This document shows, piece by piece, positions 28,529 to 41,989 of a stretch of 64,000 nucleotides of DNA. The DNA is from Gnetum montanum. Its lineage: Eukaryota; Plantae; Gnetophyta. The stretch covers positions 66,324 through 130,323 of the forward strand of contig MNCI01002110.1 of the NCBI GenBank assembly GCA_015680685.1. The letters are read 5' to 3'. A program made the position numbers and the translations under genes. Every line of letters starts with the position of its first letter. Within the stretch, counting starts at the first letter, position 1. A model generated the notes under the pieces. The model did no database searches, was not told where the DNA came from, and worked only from the letters and a program-made list of their open reading frames with translations.

Positions 28529-30527
28529 GCATCAAATGCACAAGAATTGAGATGGTTGTTAGATGTTGGTCATATACAATGGGTGGCTGTTTGTCATTCA
28601 GTGCTTTTTGGTCTCAAGGCCTATTGGTGAAAAGTCATTTCTATGGATGATGATGAGGTTTTGGCATCATTTGTATTTGTCCTTTGACGTAAGGAAATCT
28701 TCAAAATATTCACTATGTTGCTTTACTATATCCAAGTTTGCAAGCTTTCTAAGATCCTACTTTTAAAAGTATTTTATATTTTGCAAACTATCATGTGGAC
28801 ATTGTTTACTCATTATTTTTATTGACTTCCAAAACAATGCTTATTATTGACCTGGTCCCATTTTTGTGATTTAATGTTTTCTGTTAAATTATTTTTTCAT
28901 TTCTAGACAGTAAATAAGCTTTAGTTTGTTCACGTTAACTCATCCTACTGTTAATTATGCACTAATATTGATGATCCTTTTGTTGGGCTGGACTTGGCTA
29001 TATATCCAATCTACTGCCTATGCTTTGACATATGTTACCATCACATATTAGTATAGAAACTATCCTGTAAGATGACAAAGTTTAATTCATGATTGGATTT
29101 GCTTGCATATAACCTATGGCTGAAATGAAGATTGGAATCTGATTATGTGGCATTAGTGTGGATGACACTTGTGGACATCTGAGTTACCACATCTGTAGAT
29201 GGATGGTTGTATCTCTCATGAACGTTCCCATCTGCTGATACTATGCTCACTGGTTAATAATTTGTTTTACAATTTCTGCTGGTACTCAAATCCAACTCTC
29301 TTGCAATCCACAGTGATGGACTTATGTGTGTTTAGGCATTTGAAGCTGGTATAATTTAACCTGCAAAGAGCATTAATAGAATTGATGGAATGAAATTGAG
29401 TATTTTAATTTATAAAGGCTGTTTCTGTTATGATTATATTTATAGAGATACACTGTATGATGCTGGTTTTCATACTGATGGAGCAGTGTCATAAATGAAT
29501 GTAACCAGGTAAGTTGGGAAGTTAACATGTGACTCACTACATATCAGCTTACCTATTCTTGCACACTTTTTGATACTGCAGTTGGTGGTATTCAGAGGAA
29601 GATAGTGTATTTTTTATTTTTTTGGAATAGCAGGAATTATACACACTAAAAGATTATTTTACTTAGACAGGCGAATTGTGGGAATCTTGTAGTGCCTGTT
29701 AATTTGGTATTCAGAAATGAATAATGTGAAATGTCCATTTAATTGGCTAAAGGAATAGGATCATTTGGGTTAATTTTTGGAGTATGTCTACTATATATTT
29801 TTGCAGCATCACTTTTACTAATGTGTTGAAAAATATTTACTATGTTTCTTTCTATTTGCATGCATTGTGCAAACATGGCTTTGCTATATTTAGTTAAATG
29901 ATTTTTGAGTTAGCAGTGTTTTTGTTTACTACAAGGCAATGACAAAAGTGATTTAAAAATATTTCCCTTTGTTATGCTAGTGGCTCGATAGTTTTTGATA
30001 GAGCATCTGACCTGGCTAAGCTACTAGAATATAGTAACCCTTGAACATGTTTGGCCAAGAATTGCTTTCATCCATGAGTATGTTATAATAATTGATAAAC
30101 TCTTTATTAAGATATAGTAATTTGGTAATTCATTGGCACACGAGATGCCTCATATAAATACTTTTAATTTTATATATAGAATGTTTCCTTTGTTTACATG
30201 TTCTGTAGACTTATATTTTACTTGGGTGATTACTTTAGAATTGCTGTATCACAGTTAAACAGCCAACTAAAATGCTTTTCTAAGAAGGATCAGAATATCT
30301 GAATATTTTAAGACATTATTAAAATAGATGATATCATAGCCAGCCATCTAGCTACAAGATATTAACCAAATTCTTTTTCATTATTTATTGAGAATGTCTT
30401 TTTATGGACAACATTAATAATACTGTATATTTATTTGTGTTTTATAATTTTATATGTTTTGATAATGTATTTGCATGATGATGTGATGTCATGAACTATA
30501 TATGGTTTTGGGTATGACCAACTACAA

Positions 30528-30663
30528 AGCATAAATATCCATATGATTGGAGGACGAAAAAGCCCACAATTTTTAGAGCAACAGAACAATGGTTTGCATC
30601 TAGGGAAGATTTCATCAAGATGCTTTAGAAGCAATTAAACAAGTAACTTGGATACCATGTTAG
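30528..30663 (+). pseudogene. OVA2: IleRS exon with dead acceptor, 1-nt deletion and stop ([24 protein letters not shown].../...[15 protein letters not shown])
   Basis: Acceptor reads CAA at 30525-30527, the frame shifts near 30608, and TAG at 30661-30663 precedes GT. Confidence 0.9.
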
Positions 30664-31760
30664 GTATGTTGAAAATTACTAGATTGTATGCAACTTGTCT
30701 ATCAATGTTTTAGATTTTAGTTGTCATGGTTTTTTAAAAAGTTTTTTTGAATAGGTAGAAAAAGAATATATTAATAAAATTAGATTCAAAGTACAATGAG
30801 ATTTGTCGTGGGATCTTAATGATTAAATAAGAAGGTAGAATTAAATTTTTAATAAATGGTAGGCATTACCTTTGATATACTATGGCATTCATTGTACTAG
30901 GAATTTCACTTTACTTTTTCTTACAATATGCTGCTTGCAACTTGGTTTCTATATTTGTTAAGCGACTTACAATTTTTTCACTATTGCATAAAAAAAGACC
31001 CATTTCATAGTCTTCTTTAAGATTCAGTATAATCAAAAAACATTTTATATGTTTGGACCATTACTTCATCAATGCAAGGACTTTAAACATTCTTTACAGA
31101 GTACTATAGTCCCAATGAACCAAGGAATAGCCACCAGATGTTTGATGTACCAAGTTTTTTAGGAAAAGCATTTGGTTGACATGGAAGTTTAAAAACGTTA
31201 GGAAAACAATATTTCAGCTACTTGAAGAAATGTGAAAATTGAAAAATTTGGCAAACATTTGGGAAACGTTGAGATAGAAAAATCTGCACATGCAAACAAG
31301 AAATTTCGAAGTTTTTTTGATTTAAAATTTTAGACACTAAGTAAATAAAATACATAAGCTTAATAGTAACCACAAGATTAAATAAGCATACTAGGTTGTT
31401 GTGTGATGCTTTAACACAGCGTGTGCCATTTTAATCAAATTTAGGTTTGTAATGTAAACCTACATCGTCTATGCTAGTTTTCTTTCTTTTTCTTCTTTGT
31501 TGTATGTGTAAGTGTTTTTATTTTATTTCATTTTTTGTAGTGGGGTCTTTATTAACTAATAATTTGTAATGGTACTAGAACTCACTTGGGTTCTTAGACA
31601 TCAACCACCAAAAGAACTAAAACGGTTTTATGTTCTAGCTTGACACTACAATGAAATTGCATTTCATTCAAATCACTTTCATCTTCCTTTAGAATCAAAT
31701 GAAACTATCAATATATAAATATTTTCTAAAATTTTCAGGTCTAAATTTAAATATGATAAT

Positions 31761-33069
31761 NAAAAGAGGACTTCCCCAAGCGCCGCCGAAGCGTTATACG
31801 CTGGGTTAGGCGTAAACAGGGCGTGAGCAACGGATCGGGCGTGAATGGCGTAAATGGCGTAAGCAGAAGTGATTATAGCGTGAGCGTGTGAGTGTGTCAG
31901 CGTAAACTGAAACTTGCACAGCGTGAGCGTACAGGCGTGACAGCGTAAACAGTGAAATATACACAGCGTGAGCGTGCAGGCGTGACAGCGTGAACAGTGA
32001 ATGGATGTAGGGCGTGAGCAGGCAAACGGCGTGAACAGTGGGCGTATACGGACGGTGACGGAGCGAGAATGTAAACGGGTGTGGGCGAGGAGTGGGCCAA
32101 ATTGACGTAAAACTGAAAAAGTACACACAACGAGCGTAAACGGTGGTCGTTTTCGTATACGGCCCGAGTGCGGGACGCGAACGTAAACAAGCGTAAACGA
32201 AGCGCGGGCCAAATTAATGTAAAACTGTAAGAGAGACTTGCTGTAAACGTAAACAATAGATTATGGAATTAATGTTTTGTGCACCGGTCTAACGCAGTTG
32301 TGTGGGGACACAAGGCGGACGTAAAGCCCCGGTGAACGGAAGGATGCAGTTGGCGGACAAGGTGGGCGAGGCGCGGACTGTGTTTAGCGTGCAGCATGCA
32401 GCCTGGAGCGTGCGGCGTGCAGGCCTTTCAGCGTGCAACGTGCGGCGTGCAGCGTGTAGCGTACAGCGTGCAGCGTAAAGCGTGCAGCGTAAGCGTGAAA
32501 GTGAAGGGTTTCAGCAGTGTAATTGCTCTGGATACGCTCTTTCTGGTCAATTTCTCCGGCCCAGTAAATGTGAAACGACGGGCTATTTATAGGGGCAGGG
32601 TTACCGGGAATATCGGACTGGGCGACACGTGGCGTATAGACTAGGCGTTACAATTTGGAAACTCGGTACACGCTGGGCGTATACATTACAAGCTGGCGTG
32701 TACGCTGGGCGTACACGCTGGGCGTATACGCCGGGCGTAAACATTACAAGCTGGCGTATACGCTGGGCGTATACACCGGGCGTAGACGGCGACGGATGTC
32801 CACTTGCTTCAATCCTTGCTCTCTGGCGTAATCTTTATGTTGCCCTCGGAAACCCTGTCGTCGAGCGTGTGCCTCTGCCGTACCTGGGGCGTGCACTGAG
32901 GGGCCGGGCGTAGACGCTGGGCGTAGGGGCTGGGCGTGAACGCTGGGCGTGTACGTTGGGCATGTACGCTGGGCGTGAACGCTGGGCGTGTACGCTGTGC
33001 GTGAACGCTGGGCGTGTACGCTGGGCGTGAACGCTGGTACAACACTTAGAAGATTTTTGTGGTGTTTCA
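31761..33069 (-). repeat. 3' LTR of the Tat element (outer ~144 bp missing at the N)
   Basis: 31762 aligns to 47304. Begins TGAAAC on the minus strand at 33069, right after the PPT. Confidence 0.93.
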
Positions 33070-33084
33070 TTGGCCCCTCTTTGT
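33070..33084 (-). promoter_or_regulatory. Polypurine tract of the Tat element (ACAAAGAGGGGCCAA)
   Basis: Purine-rich tract immediately 5' of the 3' LTR on the minus strand. Confidence 0.75.
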
Positions 33085-35037
33085 TGGCGCTTGGAGGAAT
33101 TGACCCGAGAAGCGTCGACAAAGAAGCGCAAAACACCGCAAGCAGCGTGATGAAAGTCTTATCCCTTGTCATCTGGCCATACCTCATCGTACCGTGCTTA
33201 ATGGTAAATGGGATTGAAAGGGCGAGATTGGGAACCGATGAGAAGGACGGGATCGTGGAGATTGGTCGCTGTCCGAGGGATCATTCGGGAAAAGGAGGTG
33301 TTTAGGCGTATGGCATGCCAGTCCTTGTCGATGGCCATCTTTTGGCAGACTCGGAATTCAAGTATGCCGGGTGTGCCCTTTGGTGGACCGATGCTCCTAA
33401 TGTTTTCTTAGGAGAACCAATTATCATCACCAAAGCCACGGGGTGATGTTTTGCATTCTTTGGAGGAACAGTTCCCTTCTTTGGGAAAACCGTTGGCGGA
33501 GAGCCAAAGCCATGCGATGGGATTTTTTTTTTTTTTTTTTTTTTGGTACTTATGCATGAATTTTGTGTCGCATGTGTTCCGTTTGCTGTAACGTTTTGCA
33601 GCGTGCAATGGTTCGGTAGACAGATATTGGGTTTTCGGGCAATGGGGATGTGCAGGTCAAAGATTCAATTTAGCCTTGCCAGATGAACAAATGGACCTTG
33701 GCTCATCTTGCTACTTACGATGAAGCGCAACTTCGTACGAGAATTCCCGAGCGTCATCTTGCCAAGGCAACGCCAAAGAGACAAGAAAACCACGAGTGAA
33801 TTAAAGAGCTTAGATTTAGCCAGCTGCGAGTGAACCAAATTATTCGGACGATCCTGAGTTTTGAATGTTGGAGTCGACGACGAGGGATGCGACAATTCTG
33901 AATGCGGCTGCGGAATGAGGAGCTGAAGATGAACATACCAATTTTTAGTCTTGGCGGACTATCATGGGTTGGTTTTCTGTCATAACCCATCGGACATTGC
34001 CCGTTTAAAGTCGTGGCGGACTTTATATTGCCAGTTTTAAGTCTTAGCGGACCCCGAAGAGGCGAGCTAGTTTATAGTCTTAGTGGACTCGGTGGTATCA
34101 ATTTTAAGTCATAATCCAGGACTGTTCTGTGGTATCAGTTTTAAGTCATGATCCCAGGACTGTTGCGTACCTGAGTTCGATTTCATGTATAGAATGGTTT
34201 GAGGAACAGATGATTGGTTGGANNNNNNNNNNNNNNNNNNNNNNNNNNNNNNNNNNNNNNNNNNNNNNNNNNNNNNNNNNNNNNNNNNNNNNNNNNNNNN
34301 NNNNNNNNNNNNNNNNNNNNNNNNNNNNNNNNNNNNNNNNNNNNNNNNNNNNNNNNNNNNNNNNNNNNNNNNNNNNNNNNNNNNNNNNNNNNNNNNNNNN
34401 NNNNNNNNNNNNNNNNNNNNNNNNNNNNNNNNNNNNNNNNNNNNNNNNNNNNNNNNNNNNNNNNNNNNNNNNNNNNNNNNNNNNNNNNNNNNNNNNNNNN
34501 NNNNNNNNNNNNNNNNNNNNNNNNNNNNNNNNNNNNNNNNNNNNNNNNNNNNNNNNNNNNNNNNNNNNNNNNNNNNNNNNNNNNNNNNNNNNNNNNNNNN
34601 NNNNNNNNNNNNNNNNNNNNNNNNNNNNNNNNNNNNNNNNNNNNNNNNNNNNNNNNNNNNNNNNNNNNNNNNNNNNNNNNNNNNNNNNNNNNNNNNNNNN
34701 NNNNNNNNNNNNNNNNNNNNNNNNNNNNNNNNNNNNNNNNNNNNNNNNNNNNNNNNNNNNNNNNNNNNNNNNNNNNNNNNNNNNNNNNNNNNNNNNNNNN
34801 NNNNNNNNNNNNNNNNNNNNNNNNNNNNNNNNNNNNNNNNNNNNNNNNNNNNNNNNNNNNNNNNNNNNNNNNNNNNNNNNNNNNNNNNNNNNNNNNNNNN
34901 NNNNNNNNNNNNNNNNNNNNNNNNNNNNNNNNNNNNNNNNNNNNNNNNNNNNNNNNNNNNNNNNNNNNNNNNNNNNNNNNNNNNNNNNNNNNNNNNNNNN
35001 NNNNNNNNNNNNNNNNNNNNNNNNNNNNNNNNNNNNC

Positions 35038-37289
35038 GACGGCACAATGTATTCCCTATTAACGTGTACTGCCTAGAACGTTTACGTACCGCATCTTTTT
35101 GTGCGTTGGTTAAATGTTGTGGTGCTTCACCGCGCAGAAGGTATTCTCTTACGTCATCATACCATTCAGTAGCGTGTGCTGTACTGACAGATGCGATTGG
35201 AAGCACATCAAGAGTGTTGGTTATGGGCTCAGCACAGCTGGTTACGGAGCTTGGTAGTGCATGGAACGTGTCAGGGGATATGTTTAGAGCTAAGGTTGCT
35301 AAGGCGTCTGCGATGGTATTGTCGTTCCTAGGGATATGTTGGACATCGACATTTTCGAATCGTTTAAGAAGGTGTTTAGCCAAATCGCAATATGGTTGTA
35401 AATGTTGCGCTTTACATGTATAGACATCTGTGACTTGGTTTATGACTAGCTGTGAGTCTCCTCTGACTATAAGCCGTGTAATGTTCGAGGCTAACGCAGC
35501 CGCGAGACCTCTGAGGAGGCCCTCATACTCTGCTATGTTATTGGTATAATGAAAATTGAAGCGATAGGCGAAAGGCTTGATTTCTCCAGAGGGGTATGTG
35601 ATTGCAGCGGCAGCGCTTCCTCCTCGGGAGGTGGATGCTCCGTCGAAGTTCAGAACCGCTTCGTAATCATCCGGCACTATGTCTATTGTATTTACATTCT
35701 CGTCTGGGAATTCGGGTTCTATCGTACCTGGATCATGTGTTGGCGATGTGGTCATTTGATTCGCTATGGCTTGACCCTTTACTGACGATTGTGCTACATA
35801 GTGCAGATCGAACTCAGCTATGATTGCCTTCCAACGGGCTATCCTGCTTGACTCATAGATGTTTCCGGTTATAGCCCTGAGCACATTATCTTTACAAATT
35901 ATGTTAACTTGATTTTGGAAAAGATAATGCCGCCATTTCTTTAAAGCAAAAACTAAAGCTAAGCATGACTTTTCTACATCGTTATATCTCCTTTCGTGGG
36001 CAACCAGTGCATGACTTAGGTAGTATACAGGTACCTCAGTCCCGTCATCTCGTTTTTGGTACAACATGGATGCGATCGATGATTCTGACGTGGCCAGGTA
36101 AATGTAAAACGGCCTATCATTTTTGGGCGGGAATACGGTGGGCAATCGAGCGAGCGCTGTTTTAACTTTGTCAAATGCTTCTTGGCACTGCGACGTCCAT
36201 TCAAAGCGGGTGTTTTTGCGTAGTAGGTGGTTCATAGGTGTAAGTTTTCCAGTCAAATTTTCTATGAACCTCCTAATGAATTGCAACCGCCCCTGTAGGC
36301 CTCGGAGTTCGGTTAGATTGCTAGGTGGCTTTAGGTTCATAATGGCCTTAACTTTATCGGGGTCTACCCGTATCCCTGCNNNNNNNNNNNNNNNNNNNNN
36401 NNNNNNNNNNNNNNNNNNNNNNNNNNNNNNNNNNNNNNNNNNNNNNNNNNNNNNNNNNNNNNNNNNNNNNNNNNNNNNNNNNNNNNNNNNNNNNNNNNNN
36501 NNNNNNNNNNNNNNNNNNNNNNNNNNNNNNNNNNNNNNNNNNNNNNNNNNNNNNNNNNNNNNNNNNNNNNNNNNNNNNNNNNNNNNNNNNNNNNNNNNNN
36601 NNNNNNNNNNNNNNNNNNNNNNNNNNNNNNNNNNNNNNNNNNNNNNNNNNNNNNNNNNNNNNNNNNNNNNNNNNNNTTTATGGTTGCTACGTTAAGGTCC
36701 CGGAAGTCAATGCAAAGACGAATACTTCCATTCTTCTTTGGGACTATAACCATGTTCGATACCCATTCAGCATAGTCGACAGCCCTAATGAAACCGGCTT
36801 GATAGAGCTTGGTAATCTCACTACGAACTGCTAATGCTACTTCGGTTTTGACCTTTCGTGCTTTCTGTTTGATTGGCCTTAGTTTTGGATCCAAGATTAT
36901 GTTGTGCTGGACGATACGAGGGTCTAATCCGGGCATGTCTACGTAGGACCACGCGAATGCTTTTATATTATCTTTAAGTATGTTTTCTATATCTTTAGCT
37001 AAACATGGTTCTAATAACGCACTTAACTTTAGGATTTTAACCTCGCCGTTGGGCATGGTTATGGAAGTCTCGATTAGAGGATCTTCGGTAATGTTTTCGG
37101 CTTCGATGTCAAGGGATTTTGTCATTCCCTCATATTCTTGAACTGTTTGTTGTGTTGAGGCTATGATCATGCTGTCCGCTGATGAGCTTGTATCAACGAG
37201 ACTCGCGTCGATATTCCTTTCAACTAGACCGTATGGTCCGTTCATAACCAATGGACTGGTTAAATAATTGCCACCCATTAGGGAAGTTC
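35038..37289 (-). CDS. Tat element pol part 2: RT, RNase H, archaeal-type RNase H and start of integrase (RT core and most of integrase fall in N gaps)
   Basis: FAWSYVDMPGLDP, WVSNMVIVPKKNGSIRLCIDFRDLN (RT). YIYLATS...VYYLS...EKSCLAL...KWRHY (RH). LNFDGAS...TNNIAEYEGL...RGDSQLVINQ...HIPRNDNTIADALA (aRH). WYDDVREYL (integrase start). Open in both sequenced stretches. Confidence 0.92.
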
Positions 37290-37395
37290 CTGTCAATAAG
37301 CGAAGAGTTTGGTAAGATAGTGGAGTCCATTCTAGGCTTTTCGGTATATATATATTTTTTTTAGTGCATATGCATGAAAGTGAGGCAACATGAGA

Positions 37396-37615
37396 ACGAA
37401 CGGCAGTTTAACGCCTTACCGGGCGACGAACGGCAGTTTAACGCCTTGCCGGGCGACGAACGGCAGTTTAACGCCTTGCCGGGCGACGAACGGCAGTTTA
37501 ACGCCTTGCCGGGCGACGAACGGCAGTTTAACGCCTTGCCGGGCGACGAACGGCAGTTTAACGCCTTGCCGGGCGACGAACGGCAGTTTAACGCCTTACC
37601 GGGCAACGAACGGCA
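37396..37615. repeat. 30-bp tandem array, 7 full copies plus a partial (ACGAACGGCAGTTTAACGCCTTGCCGGGCG)
   Basis: Directly visible, with near-identical units. Confidence 0.97.
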
Positions 37616-37739
37616 AAAATTTGTGTCTTGGTGTGGGTTTTATATCTTTCTTTGGAAAAATTCAAAACGAATTCGAAAAAGCGCGAAAAACGAGACAAAA
37701 ACCAAGAAAAACGGAGCAACAGCGGCGGCGGCGGCGGCG

Positions 37740-37792
37740 TCAGCGTCAGCGTCAGCGTCAGCGTCAGCGTCAGCGTGAACGCGCTATAAAAA
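37740..37792 (+). promoter_or_regulatory. Putative promoter of the antisense gene: (TCAGCG)x6 followed by a TATA box
   Basis: CTATAAAAAGG with TATAAA at 37785-37790, preceded by tandem CGTCA/TGACG motifs and followed by a pyrimidine-rich initiator-like stretch. Confidence 0.6.
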
Positions 37793-37849
37793 GGCATCAG
37801 GACGTCATTTTCTTCATTTCAGTTTTGGAGCGTGAGCGTGAACCGAGCG

Positions 37850-38338
37850 CGAAACCCCAGCGTGAACGCCGAGCGAAAACCCCAGCGTGCACGCCGACAA
37901 GAAACCCCAGCGTGAACGCCAAGACAAAACCCCAGCGTGAACGCCGAGCGAAAACCCCAGCGTGCACGCCGACAAGAAACCCCAGCGTGAATGCCAAGAC
38001 AAAACCCCAGCGTGAACGCCAAGCGAAAACCCCAGCGTGCACGCCGACAAGAAACCCCAGCGTGACTGTTTTTCGCACGCCGGGCGTATACGCCCAGCGT
38101 GACCGTTTTTCGCACGCCGGGCGTATACGCTCAGCGTGATTGTTTTCCGCATGGTTTTTCGTACGCCGGGCGTATACGCCCAGCGTGACTGTTTTTCGCA
38201 CGCCGGGCGTATACGCCCAGCGTGAACGTTTTTCGCACGCCGGGCGTATACGTCCAGCGTGAACGTTTTTCGCACGCCGGGCGTATACGCTCGGCGTGAC
38301 CGTTTTTCGCATGCCGGGCGTATACGCTCGGCGTGACG
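37850..38338. repeat. Compound tandem repeats: 75-bp period (~3x, built of ~25-bp subunits) then 37-bp unit (~7x)
   Basis: Units AAACCCCAGCGTG(A/C)ACGCC... and CAGCGTGACTGTTTTTCGCACGCCGGGCGTATACGCC. Confidence 0.92.
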
Positions 38339-38476
38339 GGTTTTGCAAACGTCTGAACAATCTTTTAACATGTAGTTCTGGAGATTGACTTTTGGCGTTG
38401 TTTAATGGTTTGTAGAGATGCTGAAGCTCCTCTTCTCGTGATTGAGCTGGTTGGGGTCTTAGCATGGTTTGGTCCT

Positions 38477-41400
38477 ATGGAGAGTGACGACCCGACCCCG
38501 AACTTGATTGTTGAGCATAATGGGGTTTGGTTTCGGGACAGGGCCGACGAGTTCCTGGCTTTCTTGCTGGACCATTTCGATGTTGTGATCTAGTCTCATC
38601 TAGGCGGTGATGTGGCCCGGAGCATTATCGAGGCCATGCTACCCGGCGCGGCGGAAGGCGTCAGGCTTTTCATGGAGGACATTGATGAGGGGCCACTTGT
38701 CGCCGAGGGTGTTCCCCCCGGTGGTCCGAAATCGACCCGTCCGTTAACCCGTGTGTGGGATCAGCTGCGACGCGGCCCCAACTACGTCAACAACACACTG
38801 TTCCTAGCGGGTCGTGCTCATACTTTGTTCCAGAATCCACCGGGCACGGCGTACCGGGTGGAGAGGTAATTTTATCCTAACCTTGGTTATTCCCTTCTTC
38901 CTCACATTCGAATATTTACGCTTATTTTGACGCATATTTTCGCCTTCCCGCAGACCGAAGGTTACTCCAAGCGGGGCTTACGTGGGTGATGACGGGCTTG
39001 GGTTGGCACGCACGGCCGTGGAAACATTTATGATGGGTCCTACTCTGCGCGGGGCCGTCCTGGCCCATACTGGGGAGGCCATGAAACATTTTCCGAAGAA
39101 GTTTTCAAAGGCGTTTGCGCAATGTGTCGCACGTGGTTGGTTGCATGCGGACTGGGCTCCTAATGGGCCAACTTTTCCGTCCGCTTCTGATCTGGGCGAA
39201 ACTTCAAGGTCCAACACTGAAAGTAAGTGACCAAGTCTCCTAGATGTTCTGTTTGATTTAGTCAATTGTCAAGCATCAAGCTCACATGAGGGTTTTGGGT
39301 TTGTCGTTACAGCTGGCCCCGCCTCCGACAGGGATCCCGTCGTGACTGGGAGGACTGAGGCTACTCTCTCAATGAAGTTTGGTGAAACCAGTGCTGCTCA
39401 AAAGTGGTTACGGACGAAGGCCTTGCCGTCTATTGTTGCCTGCTTGGAGCATGCCGGCCTTATGGCGCTCTTTGTTGCCCCCAGCCCGAACGTTTCTATA
39501 GCCGAGATGATCGGAATTGTAGATTCGTTTGATAGGCCCGTCTCTTACTACAACGCCCGTATTAGGGGCGTGACAGTGACTTTTGAACTGTCGCCTCAAT
39601 TTCTCGCGGATTTGTTTGGCGTACCTGCTAGTGGTATAAAAGTTGTCATGGACAGGACGCATAAAGAAATTGAGATGATCCGTGATTTGGAGGCTTGGCT
39701 GGGGATTAAGAAGGGTACCAAAGGGTTCCCGATGCAGGGGAAAACAAAGGTTGAGGAAGTTAACGAACTCTACCCCTTATTTAGAGCGCGTTTGTTCCCA
39801 AAGACGCTATCACAAGTGAAAACTTTTGGCGTTGAAGCAATACGAGTTATACGTACTATTCTGGAGGCTGGTGTGCGTTACAATTGGGCGGATTTTTTAT
39901 TAGCCGGGTTGATCAAGGATATAGAGCGGATGCGTTCGAAATTAGAGGCGCAATCCCATTTTACCTTTGCTTTCTTTGCTGGCTATATCCGCCGCTTGGC
40001 TGAATTCTTGGTGGTTCGTGGGGAAGGCAAGTTTGTTTTACGTGATAGATATCAGTTGTCTCGCCCCTGGGTGAACCACCTATTCGACACCGCCAAGTCC
40101 CAGGACGCCCCCGAGGGGATTGATGAATCCCTTACAATCACCACGGGTGGATCGTCTGGCCCTTCGCTCCACACACGCGACAGCCTAGGGGCGGAACCTG
40201 ATGAAGTACCCCCTACTTCAAGGAAGGCGAGTCGGGTGGTGAAAGAGATAATCGGCCAAGCCAAGTCCAAGTTAGGGAAACGGGACAGCACAACCGAGGG
40301 AACTAGCGAAATTGAGCGGCCTAGGGTTAAACGAATTCGATTGAAGATTCCTGGTAAACCTCTTCTTTTTATCTTACTTCTCTCGTACATAGTTTTAATT
40401 GTTACTATTTGCATGTGTCTGACTCCGTTTGTTTTGAGCTGCGTAGTTAAAAGGCATGATCTGCAGACCATACCGGAGGATGAGGAGTTGACCAATCTGA
40501 CAGGGGGAACTGAATCGCTGGGGGGAGAAACCGGCGGAACCGGAGGGACAGAACCTTTGGACGATCAAGCGGAAACCGAGGAGATGCTCAAAAAGTTTCT
40601 TACGGGGGACCTTGACCTTGGAGACCCTCCAACCCAAGAAGAGATCAGAAGGAACGGTACGTCTCATTGCTCAGTTATGCAGCCTAATATGTTTTTGGGT
40701 TGCCTTATTATGACGTATTTTCGGTTAATTCAGAGGAGGATGAAACCGTCCCAGAGAAAGAACAAGAAGTCCAACCCGAGGTGCCTCCGAAGGCTAGCTC
40801 TTCGCGCGCTGATGGTCCTTTTACTTGGATGGAAATGCCAAGTAAAAGGGATTTCGTGGCTGGGGTAGTTGAAGAGGTCGTCGAACGAATCGAGAGGATC
40901 AACCCCAGTATAGGTATGGGTGTATCTAAAGTTTTCGTTTTTAGGGTTGGATGTCTAATCCCATTTGTTTTAACGTTTACCATTTTTCCAACGAACAGGC
41001 GCCCAGTTAAGGTGGGACCCTTCTGAACCCGTCCATATGGAGAGCTTACCCACACTTTCCCCTGAAATTGAACAAGTGCCCAGACCCGTATATGAAGAGG
41101 TAGCAGAAGGTTTTGTTCATAATGCTAAAGCAGTGTGGACGTGCAGGCGCTCTATCGAGCAATTGTGGCTTCAAATTCAGGATAAAGAGAAAGAGAATTC
41201 TGCCTTGTCAACAGAACGTAATGATTTGAAGGCCCGCTATGATTTCGCAGCAGCCAGGTTAAATAATAATCGCGCTTGGCGAACATCCGAGGTCACCTAT
41301 ACAAGGTATTGGGACCTTCTTAATCGCCATGCAGGGTTGATACGGAGGCTGGGGGAACGAAGAGCCCAAATTGACCTGCTGAACGCCAAGTGTCAAGATT

Positions 41401-41989
41401 GGAAGGCCTTTGCCTCCAAAGTTCGCAAATGGGGACAAGACGAAAAGAACCACAAGCATCAATACAAAAAATCGTTGAAAGAGGTTTCAATTGAGAAGAG
41501 ACAGTTAGAGATGTTTGTGGAAGGTCTTGGTCTGCGCTCTGCTTTTGACACCTTCGCCCAGAACACAATTGTGGAGATGGAGTCTCCGAAACGGTGGATA
41601 ACGACAGCTTCTGGGGAGGTGTCGGTGGGTGAATTCCCTCTGAAACGCCCCACCTGGTCAGCTGTTGATAAGGGCAAAGCTTTGGCTGATATAGACTTGG
41701 GTTTGGATGGGATCGATTGGGCTAGTGTTCCTGAAGAAGAGATCCTGCGACGTCTTGAATTCGGCCTGGGGGGACCTCTTATGGTAACTATCTTGTCTAT
41801 TTTCGGAGTTTAATTGGTTGATTGACGTTTGAAATTTTAACCTTCTCTCGTTTTTTATGTTGACCATTTTCTCCTTGGTCTTTTCAGGATGAAGGTGGGG
41901 ACGAGACTGGCGAAGTTGGCTCCAGTGGAGCAGGAGATCCTGAGGCTGGTGGACCCGAGGAAGACAATCCTCCTGCCCCTGACACTTAG
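38477..41989 (+). CDS. Spliced 7-exon gene antisense to the Tat element; ~940-990 aa unknown protein (transposon-protein/PMD-like core, acidic linker, coiled coil)
   Basis: Exons 38477(or 38636)-38865, 38954-39222, 39313-40353, 40447-40656, 40734-40913, 40999-41783 and 41888-41989. Six GT-AG introns of 88, 90, 93, 77, 85 and 104 nt all preserve frame. One TAG at 38591-38593 is avoided if ATG 38636 is used. Confidence 0.85.

Noticed and set aside
31679-33187. Many overlapping ORFs in the LTRs and repeat arrays (also 37361-38465 and 47072-48629)
   Set aside because: These are by-products of GC-rich, stop-poor repeats. The translations are repetitive and open in several frames.
33940-34162. GTCC...GAC...AAAC motif as hammerhead ribozymes (retrozyme-like)
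   Set aside because: It resembles stem II plus GAAAC, but the CUGAnGA core and stems I/III are missing.
34109-35423. Long ORFs spanning N runs, and apparent lack of integrase core or RT YxDD
   Set aside because: The gaps at 34223-35037 and 36380-36676 hide those regions, so nothing can be concluded.
37396-37615. 30-bp array (and the 42249-42447 array) as a CRISPR array
   Set aside because: Units are head-to-tail with no unique spacers, no cas genes are present, and the context is a plant retrotransposon.
39342-40868. 508-aa ORF as an env-like membrane protein
   Set aside because: The hydrophobic stretch coincides exactly with a GT-AG intron, and the ORF is part of the spliced antisense gene.
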